Source: Longimicrobiales bacterium (lineage in GTDB: Bacteria; Gemmatimonadota; Gemmatimonadetes; Longimicrobiales; Gaopeijiaceae). Taken from it: DNA of 64,000 bases. The position numbers and the translations under genes are program-made. Below the pieces are notes generated by a model that was given only the letters and a program-made list of their open reading frames with translations, made no database searches and was not told where the DNA came from. The stretch's first letter is position 1. Every line of letters begins with the position of its first letter. The DNA lies in contig CAXXKM010000001.1 of the NCBI GenBank assembly GCA_963664435.2, positions 832,001-896,000 on the forward strand. The letters run 5' to 3'. Below, piece by piece: positions 37,242 to 47,572 of the stretch.

Positions 37242-40200
37242 ATGACCGTATCCCGCATTTCCGCATTGGTGACCGCGTTCCGCATGACCACGCCCTCCAA
37301 CGCAGGCCGTTTCACGCTGGTCGCAGGCCGCTTGCTGTTTGCGGGCCTTGCGGTGGCAGCAGGCCTCTGGCTGTCTGCGGGCCTTGCGCTCCCGGCAGTC
37401 CCGCTATCCGCCCAGGAGGTCCCGGAGGAGCATCTGAGCGGTCTGCGCTTCCGCCACATCGGTCCGGTCGGCAACCGGCTGGCGTCCGTGGTGGGGGTGC
37501 CCGGGAACCGGAACATCTACTTCGCCGGGGCGGCCAGCGGCGGCATCTGGCGCACCGAGGACGCCGGGCTCAACTGGGAGCCGGTCTTCGACGACCAGCC
37601 CGTGCACTCCATCGGCGCGCTCGCGGTGGCGCCCAGCGACCACGCGATCGTGTGGGCCGGGACGGGCGAGTCGTCCATCCGGTCGAACGTCTCCATCGGC
37701 AACGGCGCGTGGAAGTCCACCGACGGCGGCGACACCTGGGCGCACATGGGACTGGAAGGGACGGGGCGGGTGGGCCGCATCGTCATCCATCCCGCCGATC
37801 CGGACATCGTCTACGTCGCCGCGCTGGGGCACGCGTACCAGCCGTCCGAGGATCGGGGCGTGTACCGCACCCTCGACGGGGGCGAGAGCTGGGAGCGGGT
37901 GCTCTTCGTGGACCCGGGGGCGGGCGCATACGAGATGGTCATTGATCCGCACAATCCTCGGAAGATCATGGCCAGCATGTGGGACCTGGACCTCAAGACC
38001 TGGAAACGGGACAGCGGGGGCCCCGCGAGCGGCATCCACGTGACCATGGACGGGGGCGACACCTGGCGCGAGATCGAGGGCAACGGGCTCCCCACGCGCC
38101 GCATCGGCAAGATCGGGCTCTGCATGTCGGCGTCCGATTCCGACCGCATCTACGCCCTCATCGAGACGGGAGACGGGGTGCCCATCGACGGAGAGGAGAC
38201 CGACTCGGGCGAGCTCTGGAGGACGAGCGACGGAGGCGACAGCTGGCGCCTCGTCTCATACAGCCATGACCTCGCGACGCGGCAGGCCTACTACACGCGC
38301 TGCGGCGTGGCGCCCGACGACCGCGACGAGGTCTACTTCCTGTCGTCCAGCTACAGCGTGAGCCGAAACGGCGGCGAAACGCACGAGACCACCAACTTCC
38401 TCTTCGCCGGGGACGCGCCGGGTTGGGATCACCACGACATCTGGAGCGATCCGCTGAACGCCGACCGGATAGCGGTGGCGCACGACGGCGGATTCTCGGT
38501 CAGCGAGAACCGGGGCCGCTCCTGGTTCCGGGTGCAGCTGCCGATCGCGCAGATGTACCACGTGACCGCCGACAACGCGATCCCCTACAACGTGCTGGGC
38601 AACCGACAGGACGGGCCTTCGTTCCGGGGGCCATCGAATTCGCGCATGGGCGGTCTCTTTTCGAACGGGCGCATCCCGCGCGGGGAGTGGCGCGGCGTGG
38701 GCGGAGGCGAGAGCGGCTTCGCGACGCCGGACCCGCGCGATCCCAACATCGTGTGGTCGAGCGCATCCGGGGCCGGTGCCGCAGGCGGGATCGTGGTGCG
38801 CCATGATGTCGCCAGGGGACAGTTCCGGGACGTCGAGGTCTGGCCCATGTCCACCTTGGGAAGGCCGGCGGAGGACATGCGCTTCCGCTTCCAGTGGACC
38901 TTCCCGCTGCTGCTTTCGCCGCACGATCCAAACACCCTCTACGTCACCAGCCAGCACGTTCACCGCACCCGCAACAACGGGCAGAGCTGGGAGGTGATCA
39001 GCCCGGACCTCTCCACCAACGACAAGTCCCGCCAGACCATCTCCGGAGGACTGACCCCGGACAACATCGGCGTGGAGTTCTGCTGCGTGATCTACGCCTT
39101 CGACGAGTCGCCGGTGGAGGCCGGCGTGCTGTGGGCGGGCACCAACGACGGGCTCATGCAGGTGAGCCGCGACAACGGCGCCAGCTGGACCAACGTGACC
39201 GAAAACATCCCCGATCTGCCCCTCGACGGCGTGGTTCGCAGCATCGACGCCTCGCGCTGGGACGCCGCCCGCGCCTACATCACCATCGAGCACCACCAGG
39301 TGGGCGACTTCGAGGCGCGCGCCTACCGCACCGACGACTTCGGCGAGAGCTGGACCCGGATCACCGACGGCGTCGACAACCATCCCGTCGACTATACGCG
39401 GTATCTGCTTGAGGACGCGGTGCGCCCCGGGCTGCTCTATCTGGGCACCGAGAGTTCGCTCTACATCAGCTACGACGACGGCGACAGCTGGCAGCGCTTC
39501 ATGCCGAACCTGCCGCCCACGCCGTACTACGGGCTCTTCCAGCAGGAGCACTTCAACGACCTGGTGATCGGGACGTACGGGCGCGGCTACTGGATCCTGG
39601 ACGACCTGGGTCCCGTGCAGCAGCTCACCGACGAGGTGGCGTCGTCGACCGCGCACCTGTTCGAGCCTCGCGACGCCTACCGTTTCCGCCCCGTGACCGA
39701 GCCCGCGACCATGCTGGACGACTGGTCCGACGGGGAGAACCCGGAGGGCGACGCCCCGCTGACCTACTGGCTGGGAGATGGCGCCGGAACGGTCCAGCTG
39801 CGCATCGACGACAGCGCGGGAGAGGAGGTCACGACGCTGGACGGCACCAGCAGCGCGGGCTTCAACCGCGTGTGGTGGGACCTGACCGGCGACGGCCCGA
39901 CCGAGATCCGGCTGCGGACCAAGCCGCTCTACTCGGACTGGTTCCCGATGCCGGACGAGGGCTATCGCGTGGGCGGTGGCGGTTTCGGTGGAGGCGGCAG
40001 CCCGCTGCAGCCGCCGGGCACCTACACGGTGACTCTGCTCGTCGACGATGAAGAGATGGGAAGCCAGCCGCTGACCGTGCTGAAGGATCCCAACTCGGAA
40101 GGCACGATGGCGGACATCGCCGCACAGACGGAACTGGTGCAGGAGATCATGGCCGACCGCAACCAGGCCGCGGACATGGTGAACCGGATCGAGCTGCTGC

Positions 40201-40559
40201 GCCGCCAGATCTACGACCTGCGACCGGTGCTCGAGGCCGAAGAAGGCGCGGAGGACCTGATCGAGGCCGGGGAGGCGCTCGATGCGGCCCTCATCGAGGT
40301 CGAAAGCGAGCTGATCCAGCTGAAGGACACGGGAAGCGACGGGGTGCGCTGGCCGTCGATGATCGTGGGGAGGTTGCGTTACCTGCAGGGGGCGGTGGCG
40401 AGCGCAGACTTCCGGCCGACGGACCAGCACGGGGAAGTGTCCCAGGTGCTGAGGGTGCAACTGGGGGAGGTGGAAGAGGCGCTGCAGGAGGTGCTCGCGG
40501 AGGATCTGGAGAACTTCAACCGGCTTCTGCAGCAGAGGATTGGGAGGGTGATTACGTGA
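37242..40559 (+). CDS. BNR/Asp-box (VPS10/sialidase-like) beta-propeller protein
   Basis: Repeated Asp-boxes (STDGGDTW, TLDGGESW, SRDNGASW, TDDFGESW); FRFQWTFP; GTYGRG. Confidence 0.9.
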   Translation: MTVSRISALVTAFRMTTPSNAGRFTLVAGRLLFAGLAVAAGLWLSAGLALPAVPLSAQEVPEEHLSGLRFRHIGPVGNRLASVVGVPGNRNIYFAGAASGGIWRTEDAGLNWEPVFDDQPVHSIGALAVAPSDHAIVWAGTGESSIRSNVSIGNGAWKSTDGGDTWAHMGLEGTGRVGRIVIHPADPDIVYVAALGHAYQPSEDRGVYRTLDGGESWERVLFVDPGAGAYEMVIDPHNPRKIMASMWDLDLKTWKRDSGGPASGIHVTMDGGDTWREIEGNGLPTRRIGKIGLCMSASDSDRIYALIETGDGVPIDGEETDSGELWRTSDGGDSWRLVSYSHDLATRQAYYTRCGVAPDDRDEVYFLSSSYSVSRNGGETHETTNFLFAGDAPGWDHHDIWSDPLNADRIAVAHDGGFSVSENRGRSWFRVQLPIAQMYHVTADNAIPYNVLGNRQDGPSFRGPSNSRMGGLFSNGRIPRGEWRGVGGGESGFATPDPRDPNIVWSSASGAGAAGGIVVRHDVARGQFRDVEVWPMSTLGRPAEDMRFRFQWTFPLLLSPHDPNTLYVTSQHVHRTRNNGQSWEVISPDLSTNDKSRQTISGGLTPDNIGVEFCCVIYAFDESPVEAGVLWAGTNDGLMQVSRDNGASWTNVTENIPDLPLDGVVRSIDASRWDAARAYITIEHHQVGDFEARAYRTDDFGESWTRITDGVDNHPVDYTRYLLEDAVRPGLLYLGTESSLYISYDDGDSWQRFMPNLPPTPYYGLFQQEHFNDLVIGTYGRGYWILDDLGPVQQLTDEVASSTAHLFEPRDAYRFRPVTEPATMLDDWSDGENPEGDAPLTYWLGDGAGTVQLRIDDSAGEEVTTLDGTSSAGFNRVWWDLTGDGPTEIRLRTKPLYSDWFPMPDEGYRVGGGGFGGGGSPLQPPGTYTVTLLVDDEEMGSQPLTVLKDPNSEGTMADIAAQTELVQEIMADRNQAADMVNRIELLRRQIYDLRPVLEAEEGAEDLIEAGEALDAALIEVESELIQLKDTGSDGVRWPSMIVGRLRYLQGAVASADFRPTDQHGEVSQVLRVQLGEVEEALQEVLAEDLENFNRLLQQRIGRVIT

Positions 40560-40706
40560 GGGGGGGTTGTCGGGATTGAGAGAGCAATGCCCGAAGCTAT
40601 TCGACCAGCTGCCATCCAACAGACCGGGCATTGCTGCGTGAATACTACCATGATCACTTGGCCCTCGTAGACCGCGACGCACAACCCCTTGGCCCTTGAG
40701 GGATGC

Positions 40707-41648
40707 TCACCCTCGAAACCGATTCTGGTTGTGCCACTCCAGGTAGTCCCGCCCCGGCCGGTGCTCGGCACGCGGAGGCACCCAAAGCCCCTTCCCATGC
40801 AGCTTGTAGTAGTTCTCGCCGTCGTCGAAGTCCGTGTGGATGTGCTTGCTGACTTCGAAGTGGTGGTGAGGAGTGACGGTTACATAACCCGCGTCGAAGA
40901 GCCGGTGTACATCGGACCGCAGCAGCATCCCGTTCTGCACGTAGTTCTCCGGGACCTCGCTGAAAGGCTGGATGTGGGCCGCGTCGAGAGCCGGGAGCGC
41001 CCTCTCGCGCGTTACCGCGCACTGGCGCTCGTATACGTCGGTGACAACGCTTCGGAAGATCCCCTGTCCCACTCGATGTCTCGCGGGCACAGGATCGGAA
41101 TAGCCTCCCGGCAGGTCGAGCCAGCCCTCGGGCTTCGGTTCCGCTACGATGGTCCCCTGGAGGCGATCGGTCACCTGCGTCCACAGATCCGGCCCGATCC
41201 CGGTCCGCAAGTCGTATCCCTTCCCGCGCTGGATGCTCGGAGCCCAATCGGCGGGCTGGCGAAACCAGTCCTTCTCATCCCAGAAGAAGGGTTCAGCCAG
41301 GAGGATGCACCCGATCATGTAGTTCGAGGATCGTGGACGATCCCTGCGGAGATGAGCGGTGCGCTGCCGAACCGCGTCAAGGCTCGGAGCACCGTTCTTC
41401 TCCCCGAATGCCTGCCACGCCAAGCCGACCGGGAGCTCGGTGTAGTGCTCGAAGAACCCGCCGCCAGCGATCACGTTGTGCGGGCTCTTCAGCTTGAACA
41501 ACAATGGCTGGCCTCGAGTGAGCACGCGGAAGTGGCCACCCCAAGGCTTCGGAGTCCAGAAGTTGACTTCGTCCACCCGCTCGCGATGGGAAAGGCTCCT
41601 GAGGTGGTCGAACCAGTTCTTGTCCGTGACGGCGGCGTATGCGTTCAG
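40707..41648 (-). CDS. HNH endonuclease, putative restriction/defence nuclease
   Basis: C-terminal LDAAHI...NGMLLRSDVHRLFDAG; N-terminal NFWTP domain. Probable CTG start after AAGGA. Confidence 0.88.
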   Translation of the reverse strand: MNAYAAVTDKNWFDHLRSLSHRERVDEVNFWTPKPWGGHFRVLTRGQPLLFKLKSPHNVIAGGGFFEHYTELPVGLAWQAFGEKNGAPSLDAVRQRTAHLRRDRPRSSNYMIGCILLAEPFFWDEKDWFRQPADWAPSIQRGKGYDLRTGIGPDLWTQVTDRLQGTIVAEPKPEGWLDLPGGYSDPVPARHRVGQGIFRSVVTDVYERQCAVTRERALPALDAAHIQPFSEVPENYVQNGMLLRSDVHRLFDAGYVTVTPHHHFEVSKHIHTDFDDGENYYKLHGKGLWVPPRAEHRPGRDYLEWHNQNRFRG

Positions 41649-41821
41649 GGCTGAGTCCTTCTTTCTCGTAGCGAAAGTCTCAATACGGCTGGGATGGCGT
41701 ACTCGCAGCAACGGCAATCTACGCTTCTGAGGCTCATCCCGCCGCTGGCTGACCACCTGAGCATGCGGACAATCCCTGGGCTCCAGAAGCAGACGCGCCA
41801 ACGGGGCTATCGGGACCGATG

Positions 41822-43360
41822 CTATCCGCCCCGATCATGCACCTCCCTGGCAAAGCACCGCCAGTACAACTCCTCCACTCGCTCCACTTCATCCGGAGAC
41901 AGGCGCCTGAACTCGCGGGTGCGCGCCCGCTTGGACAGCCTCCCGCTAGTCTGCCGGAGAAACTGCGCCAAGAGGTTGATCGTCTTCTCCGGCATGTCTG
42001 CGGTTTCCTCCTGGACGCGTCTCGAAAACTCGTCGTATCCCTCAAGGTACGCGACTTCCTGGGGCAGATCCCGAGTCACGACCTCTCCAACGCACTTGTA
42101 GAGGTACTCGGCGTGGGCCGTCGCGTCGAAGAAGCGGTAATAATCGCCGGTGTCGTTCAGAACCTCGATGTTGTGCCGTCGCGTCGTACGCCAATCGACC
42201 AGGGGGAGCACCTCCCGGGCATAGCTGACGAGAACCTCACGGTAATCGGTGATCCGCCTCAGCATCGCGACACTCACCGGGAACACCAGGTTCGGCGGGC
42301 TGTAGCCGCCCCGGGCCAGCACGTAATGGATCATCCAGCGGTGCAGGCGTCCATTCCCGTCCTCGAACGGGTGGATGTAGACGAATCCGAACGACAGGGC
42401 GGCCGCCACGACGACCGGATCCGAGGGCGTTTCCGCGGCCTTGCGCGCGTACTCCACGATGCCCTGCATCAGGTCGGGCAGATCCTCCGGACGTGAGCTG
42501 ATGTGCGCCGGAATCGGATCCATGGTTGCCCGGTCACGCTCCCCGATCCACCCACCCTCGATCCTGAGCCCAAGCTGCACGAACCGCGCATCGCCGATCA
42601 CGATCTTCTGCAAACGAACGAGTTCGTCGACGGTGAGGTCGCGATGGCCGGCGCTGGCGGTTGCCCAGGCCCAACGCAGCCGTCGATCTTGCCGCGCGGG
42701 TTCGCCCTCGATCTCAAAGGACGCCCTGCTGTCGTCGTAGGGAAGAAGCTGGGCGGCGCGGCGGAGGATGTCAGGCTGGGTCCGTTCGACGATACGCCGA
42801 GCTTCCGCATCGAGGCCCATCCGCGCGTAGCGGTCGAGCTCGGGGGTCCTGCGCACCATCGGACAGAACCGCTGCGTACCCGGAAGATTGTTCCGGACTC
42901 GGTGGCGTCGCGAGAGCGCGCCGCTCTCGGGAGCGAACTGCAGCTCGGGATCAACCACCGGAACAGCCTTCACCTTGCCGGAGTCCGGCAGATCCAGCCG
43001 CACATCCATCAGCCACTCGTAGAGGAACCAGATCCGACGGGTGTACTTTCCGGTAGGCTTGTCGCGCACCATCCGGACGATGTCCGCTGGCCCGACTCGC
43101 CGGAAGAGCGCGCGCAGCACGGAGAGGCTGACGCCCTCCCATTTCACGGCGAACTCGAGTTGGCTCGCGAGGCTCTCTTCGGGTGCGAAACTCGGAGCGA
43201 ACATCCGCCAATGGCGCGTGGAGTCGGGATGATGGCGGTTGGCGATGGCTGCAAGGCGTGACGGAGGCGGAACCCGAAGATCGTAGTGGGCAATGAGAGC
43301 CCCATACCCGGCAGGCGTACCCGGCTCGGGCAGGGCTGGTCTTATCATCACTATTGGCAT
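41822..43360 (-). CDS. Fic-family protein
   Basis: HPFEDGNGRLHR active-site motif; SFEIEG inhibitory-type motif upstream. Confidence 0.92.
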   Translation of the reverse strand: MPIVMIRPALPEPGTPAGYGALIAHYDLRVPPPSRLAAIANRHHPDSTRHWRMFAPSFAPEESLASQLEFAVKWEGVSLSVLRALFRRVGPADIVRMVRDKPTGKYTRRIWFLYEWLMDVRLDLPDSGKVKAVPVVDPELQFAPESGALSRRHRVRNNLPGTQRFCPMVRRTPELDRYARMGLDAEARRIVERTQPDILRRAAQLLPYDDSRASFEIEGEPARQDRRLRWAWATASAGHRDLTVDELVRLQKIVIGDARFVQLGLRIEGGWIGERDRATMDPIPAHISSRPEDLPDLMQGIVEYARKAAETPSDPVVVAAALSFGFVYIHPFEDGNGRLHRWMIHYVLARGGYSPPNLVFPVSVAMLRRITDYREVLVSYAREVLPLVDWRTTRRHNIEVLNDTGDYYRFFDATAHAEYLYKCVGEVVTRDLPQEVAYLEGYDEFSRRVQEETADMPEKTINLLAQFLRQTSGRLSKRARTREFRRLSPDEVERVEELYWRCFAREVHDRGG

Positions 43361-43719
43361 GTGCAGGGAGACTCGTTCACCCCAATCCTGGACCGTGGCG
43401 CCTCCACAGCCACCCTCCTGTCTCGGCGATCGGGATCCCGTATCTTGGGAATCACCTTTTCCTGCACCGCACGGTACATCCTGCCACCGCTCGTGCTGCT
43501 GCGCCTGGTCCTTTCTCTCCCTTCCTTGTCTCCAGGCGCATGGCAGCTCGATGGGGCAGGCATGCAATCCCGGCGTCGATCACGTGAGGTGGGCTCACCG
43601 CAGTCAGGCTCTGCGGTCGCCGCCGTTTGTCCGGCCCGTCCCCACCGCCGTAACTTGCTCGTATCCTCGGTGGAATCCTGCCGGCCTCGATGCCCGGTAG
43701 CCGGTGAAGGCGGATACGC

Positions 43720-44550
43720 ATGGCTGAACCGACATCGGCAACGCTCCTCTTCCGACGCATCCTGCGCGAACCGACCTCCCATTTCGTGCTCCTGGCAGCC
43801 GTCCTGTTCGCCGCGAACGCGGCGCTCGAGGCGGGGCGGGGCAACGTCATCACGGTCGATCGCGTGCAGATCGACGTTCGGATCGCGGAGCTGGAAGCGA
43901 TACGCGGCGCTCCGCTGAGCCCGGAGGAGCGGCAGCTCGTCGAGGACGCGTACATCGACGAGCAGGTCCTCGTGCGCGAGGCTCTCGACATGGGGCTCGA
44001 GGCCGATCGCAGGATCGACGACATCCTCGTGCAGAAGATGCTCCATGTCCTGAGCGGGGATGTCATTCAGCCAACGGAGGACGAGCTCAGGGAGTTCTAC
44101 GAGGCGAACCGGGCGAGCTATACATCCGAGCCGACGCTCACCATCGAGGAGGTCGTCATCGCCGGGGACTCGCCCGCAGCCGGAGACCTGGTGGCCCGGC
44201 TGCGGGTCGGCGCGTCCGCCCTGGAACTTGCCGAGAGCTCCGACGCACGATCGTCCGTGTTGCGCGCGGTGACGGGCGGCGATCTGAGGAGGCTGTTCGG
44301 GCCGGTGACGGCCGAGCTCATCCTCAGCGCGAACACCGATGGCTGGATCGGGCCGCACGAGACCGTCCGAGGCCAGCACTGGTTCCGGATCGTCGAGCGT
44401 ACGACTCCCGAGCTCCCGCCCCTCGACAGCGTGCGCGAGCGGGTGCGTCTCGACTGGGTGGCCGACCAAGAGGCCGCGAGGCTCGACCAGGCGGTCAGGG
44501 AGCTGCGCGACCGCTACAACATCGTCATCGAGGAACCGGGGGAGCGATGA
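43720..44550 (+). CDS. PpiC/rotamase-like peptidyl-prolyl isomerase domain protein
   Basis: LREPTSHF, EQVLVREA..MGL, WIGP.ETVRG.H, LRDRY. Confidence 0.8.
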   Translation: MAEPTSATLLFRRILREPTSHFVLLAAVLFAANAALEAGRGNVITVDRVQIDVRIAELEAIRGAPLSPEERQLVEDAYIDEQVLVREALDMGLEADRRIDDILVQKMLHVLSGDVIQPTEDELREFYEANRASYTSEPTLTIEEVVIAGDSPAAGDLVARLRVGASALELAESSDARSSVLRAVTGGDLRRLFGPVTAELILSANTDGWIGPHETVRGQHWFRIVERTTPELPPLDSVRERVRLDWVADQEAARLDQAVRELRDRYNIVIEEPGER

Positions 44551-45626
44551 TGAAGGTCGTTGGCCTCGGGGTGGCTCTCGCGCTCATCGGCCTGACCTCG
44601 CCGCCGCCCGGTCACGGCGTGGATGTCAGCGGGCCGTCGCCATCCGACCGCGCTGCGGCCGTCATCCCGACCTCCCTCCCCACCCACGACGTGGACGTCA
44701 CCTCCGTCGCCCGCGTCTACCTCGACCAGATCGACGACACCCGGTATGTGTTCTCGATCGTCGATACCCAGGTGTCGCCCATCATCGACTTGCGCGGGGT
44801 GCTCCCGGAGCGTTGCACGCCGCTGCCCCAGGAGGCCGCGGGCGTGCTCGTGAGCGCGGGCTTCGCCTTCGAGTGCGCCTCGGAGCTCACCTTCGATGAC
44901 GCCCTGGAGCTTCCGTGGTCGCTGGCCGGGGTGGTCGCTCTGGTGCGCTGGGGCGACGGCACCGAGGCGTCGGCCTACTTCCGGGGCGACGGCCGCTCCG
45001 TCCCCATCCGGCTGGCGGATCTGCGCGCCGGAGGCGGCACGACTGCTCGTCTCGCGGGCACGTACTTCATTCTCGGGGGAGAGCACATCCTCTTCGGGAT
45101 CGATCACCTGCTCTTCGTACTGGGACTGCTCCTGCTCGTCGGGGGATTCTGGTCGCTGGTCAAGACCATCACCTCCTTCACCCTGGCGCACAGCATCACG
45201 CTGGGGCTGGCGGTGCTCGGCTACGTGCCCGTGGACCGCGCGCCGGTCGAGGCCGCGATCGCCCTCTCCATCGTGCTGCTGGCCCGCGAGATCGTGGTCG
45301 GGCACCGGGGCCGGAAGAGCCTGGTGCACCGGTATCCGTGGCTGGTGGCCTTCGTCTTCGGGCTACTGCACGGGCTCGGGTTCGCCGGCGCCCTCGGCGA
45401 GATCGGGCTCAGGGCCAGCGACGTTCCGGTAGCCCTCCTGTTCTTCAATCTGGGCGTCGAGGCAGGGCAGCTTGCGTTCGTCGTGGCGCTGATCGCGCTG
45501 GCGAAGATCACCGGGCGGGCAAGGCAGATGGCCGTGCAGCGCGTCGAGCCCGTCCTTGGCTACGCGCTGGGCGCCTTCGCCACCTTCTGGTTCCTGGATC
45601 GCCTTCCGGCGCTCTGGGGCGCGTAA
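44547..45626 (+). CDS. HupE/UreJ-family membrane protein
   Basis: HILFGIDHLLF, FTLAHSITL, FGLLHGLGFA, FNLGVEAGQ. Confidence 0.92.
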   Translation: MMKVVGLGVALALIGLTSPPPGHGVDVSGPSPSDRAAAVIPTSLPTHDVDVTSVARVYLDQIDDTRYVFSIVDTQVSPIIDLRGVLPERCTPLPQEAAGVLVSAGFAFECASELTFDDALELPWSLAGVVALVRWGDGTEASAYFRGDGRSVPIRLADLRAGGGTTARLAGTYFILGGEHILFGIDHLLFVLGLLLLVGGFWSLVKTITSFTLAHSITLGLAVLGYVPVDRAPVEAAIALSIVLLAREIVVGHRGRKSLVHRYPWLVAFVFGLLHGLGFAGALGEIGLRASDVPVALLFFNLGVEAGQLAFVVALIALAKITGRARQMAVQRVEPVLGYALGAFATFWFLDRLPALWGA

Positions 45627-45734
45627 GTGCGTATGGGATGTCCGAGGAAATATGGGATGGACGAGTGACTTTGGTATGCGCGAGGGACCATGGGGCATCT
45701 CGCAAGACATGACAGATGTGAGGGAACTTGGTAA

Positions 45735-47468
45735 ATGACTAGACTTGAGGAACCGATTCGTCGCTTGCTGACTGGCGTTTTTCTGCTCTCGCTGCTCCTG
45801 CCCGCCGCCCGCGTTCAGGCTCAGGAGCCCGCTTCATTCGACGTGCTCATCACCGGAGCCCAGGTCCTGGACGGCACCGGAAACCCCTGGATCTACGCGG
45901 ATGTCGGCATCCGGGACGGGATGATCGCGGCCGTGGGCGACCTGGCCGACGCGCCGGCCGAACGGGTCATCGACGCCCGGGGCAAGGTGGTTGCGCCCGG
46001 TTTCATCGACCTTCATTCCCACGGCGCTCCAGGTCTGGCGTCGCCGGACGAGCGCCGCCGCGCCGCCACCAACCTGGTCACCCAGGGCGTGACCACCGTC
46101 GTCATCAACCAGGACGGCCGCAGCCCCGTGGACATCGGCGCGCAGAGGTCACTGCTGCAGAACCTGCGCACCGGTCCCAACGCGATCCTCATGGTGGGCC
46201 ACAACTCGATCCGCGCGGAGGCGATGGGCGACGACTACCGGCGGCTCGCGACGCCCGGGGAGGTGCAGCGCATGCGGGAGCTCGCGCGCGCAGGGATGGA
46301 GGCGGGAGCCTTCGGGATGTCGGCGGGACTCGAATACGTGCCCGGCCGCTGGAGCGACACCGACGAGGTGGTCGCGGTCGTGGAGGAGATCGTGCCCTTC
46401 GGCGGCGTGTTCATCGAACATGAGCGCAGCAGCGGCACTTCGCCGATGTGGTGGCGGCCCAGTCAGGACGAGCCCGGTCCGCCGACCATGCTCAATTCCA
46501 TCCAGGAGACCATCGAGATCGGCGAGCGCACCGGGGCAACGGTGGTCGCGACCCACATCAAGGCGAGGGGCGCCAACTACTGGGGATCGAGCGGGGCCAT
46601 CATCGCGGCGATCCGCCGGGCGCGGGACCGGGGCGTCGCGATCTTCGCGGACCAGTACCCGTACGCGACCAGCGGCAGCGACGGCAACGTGAGCCTCATT
46701 CCGGAATGGGCCGTGGGCGCGGCCGATGAAGCTGCGGGCGGCGGTCCGGACGCGGCACCCGACTACGCGGAAGCCTTGCGAGCAACCCTCGCAGACCCCG
46801 AGCGCGCCCGCATGCTCCGGCAGGACATCGCGTACGAGACCGAATTTCGGGGCGGCGCGGAGAACATCGTCGTCTTCGACTATCCGGACCGTACGCTGAT
46901 CGGCAGGAGCGTCGCCGAGATCGCGGACGAGCGCGGCATCTCGGCCGTCGAAGCCGCGATCCAGCTCCAGCTGGAAGGGATGCCGGACCGCCGCGGCGGC
47001 GGGCGCCTGCGCAGCTTCTCGTTCTCGGAGGAGGACATCGAGAACTTCTCTGCCCAGCCATGGGTGGCGACGGCCTCGGACGGTGGCATCTCACTACCCG
47101 AGGACGGGCCGGCCATCCACGCCCGCTTCTACGGCACCTTCCCGCGCAAGATCCGGGAGTACGCGCTCGATCGCGGCGTCCTCTCCGTCGAGAACGCCAT
47201 CCGCTCCATGACCACCCTGCCCGCGCAGATCCTGGGGCTGCGCAACCGCGGCCAGGTGCGCGAGGGCTTCGTGGCCGATGTCGTCGTCCTCGACCTGGAG
47301 CAGATCCGCGACATGGCCACCTTCACCAACCCGCACCAGTACGCGACCGGAATCGACTACGTGCTCGTCAACGGCAGCTTCGTTGTGGACGAGGGTGCAC
47401 CGACCGGGATGCTCCCCGGAATCGTGATCACTCCATCCGAGGGCAGGAGGCCGCCCGCAACAGATTGA
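45735..47468 (+). CDS. N-acyl-D-amino-acid deacylase-like amidohydrolase
   Basis: APGFIDLHSH, GLEYVPG, DQYPY, ASDG, YGTFPR, VLVNG. Confidence 0.9.
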   Translation: MTRLEEPIRRLLTGVFLLSLLLPAARVQAQEPASFDVLITGAQVLDGTGNPWIYADVGIRDGMIAAVGDLADAPAERVIDARGKVVAPGFIDLHSHGAPGLASPDERRRAATNLVTQGVTTVVINQDGRSPVDIGAQRSLLQNLRTGPNAILMVGHNSIRAEAMGDDYRRLATPGEVQRMRELARAGMEAGAFGMSAGLEYVPGRWSDTDEVVAVVEEIVPFGGVFIEHERSSGTSPMWWRPSQDEPGPPTMLNSIQETIEIGERTGATVVATHIKARGANYWGSSGAIIAAIRRARDRGVAIFADQYPYATSGSDGNVSLIPEWAVGAADEAAGGGPDAAPDYAEALRATLADPERARMLRQDIAYETEFRGGAENIVVFDYPDRTLIGRSVAEIADERGISAVEAAIQLQLEGMPDRRGGGRLRSFSFSEEDIENFSAQPWVATASDGGISLPEDGPAIHARFYGTFPRKIREYALDRGVLSVENAIRSMTTLPAQILGLRNRGQVREGFVADVVVLDLEQIRDMATFTNPHQYATGIDYVLVNGSFVVDEGAPTGMLPGIVITPSEGRRPPATD

Positions 47469-47572
47469 GCGTCAGCAGCCCGTGAATCCACGGCGAGCCG
47501 CCGAACTCGGCGAGGCGCCCGACTGGCCAGGCGCCCCTCTGAAGGGCGAACAACTGCCGGGCGGGCTCGCGA

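Noticed and set aside
43361..43719. Small antitoxin or leader ORF upstream of fic
   Set aside because: No convincing RBS/ORF or motif in any frame, and the Fic carries its own inhibitory motif.
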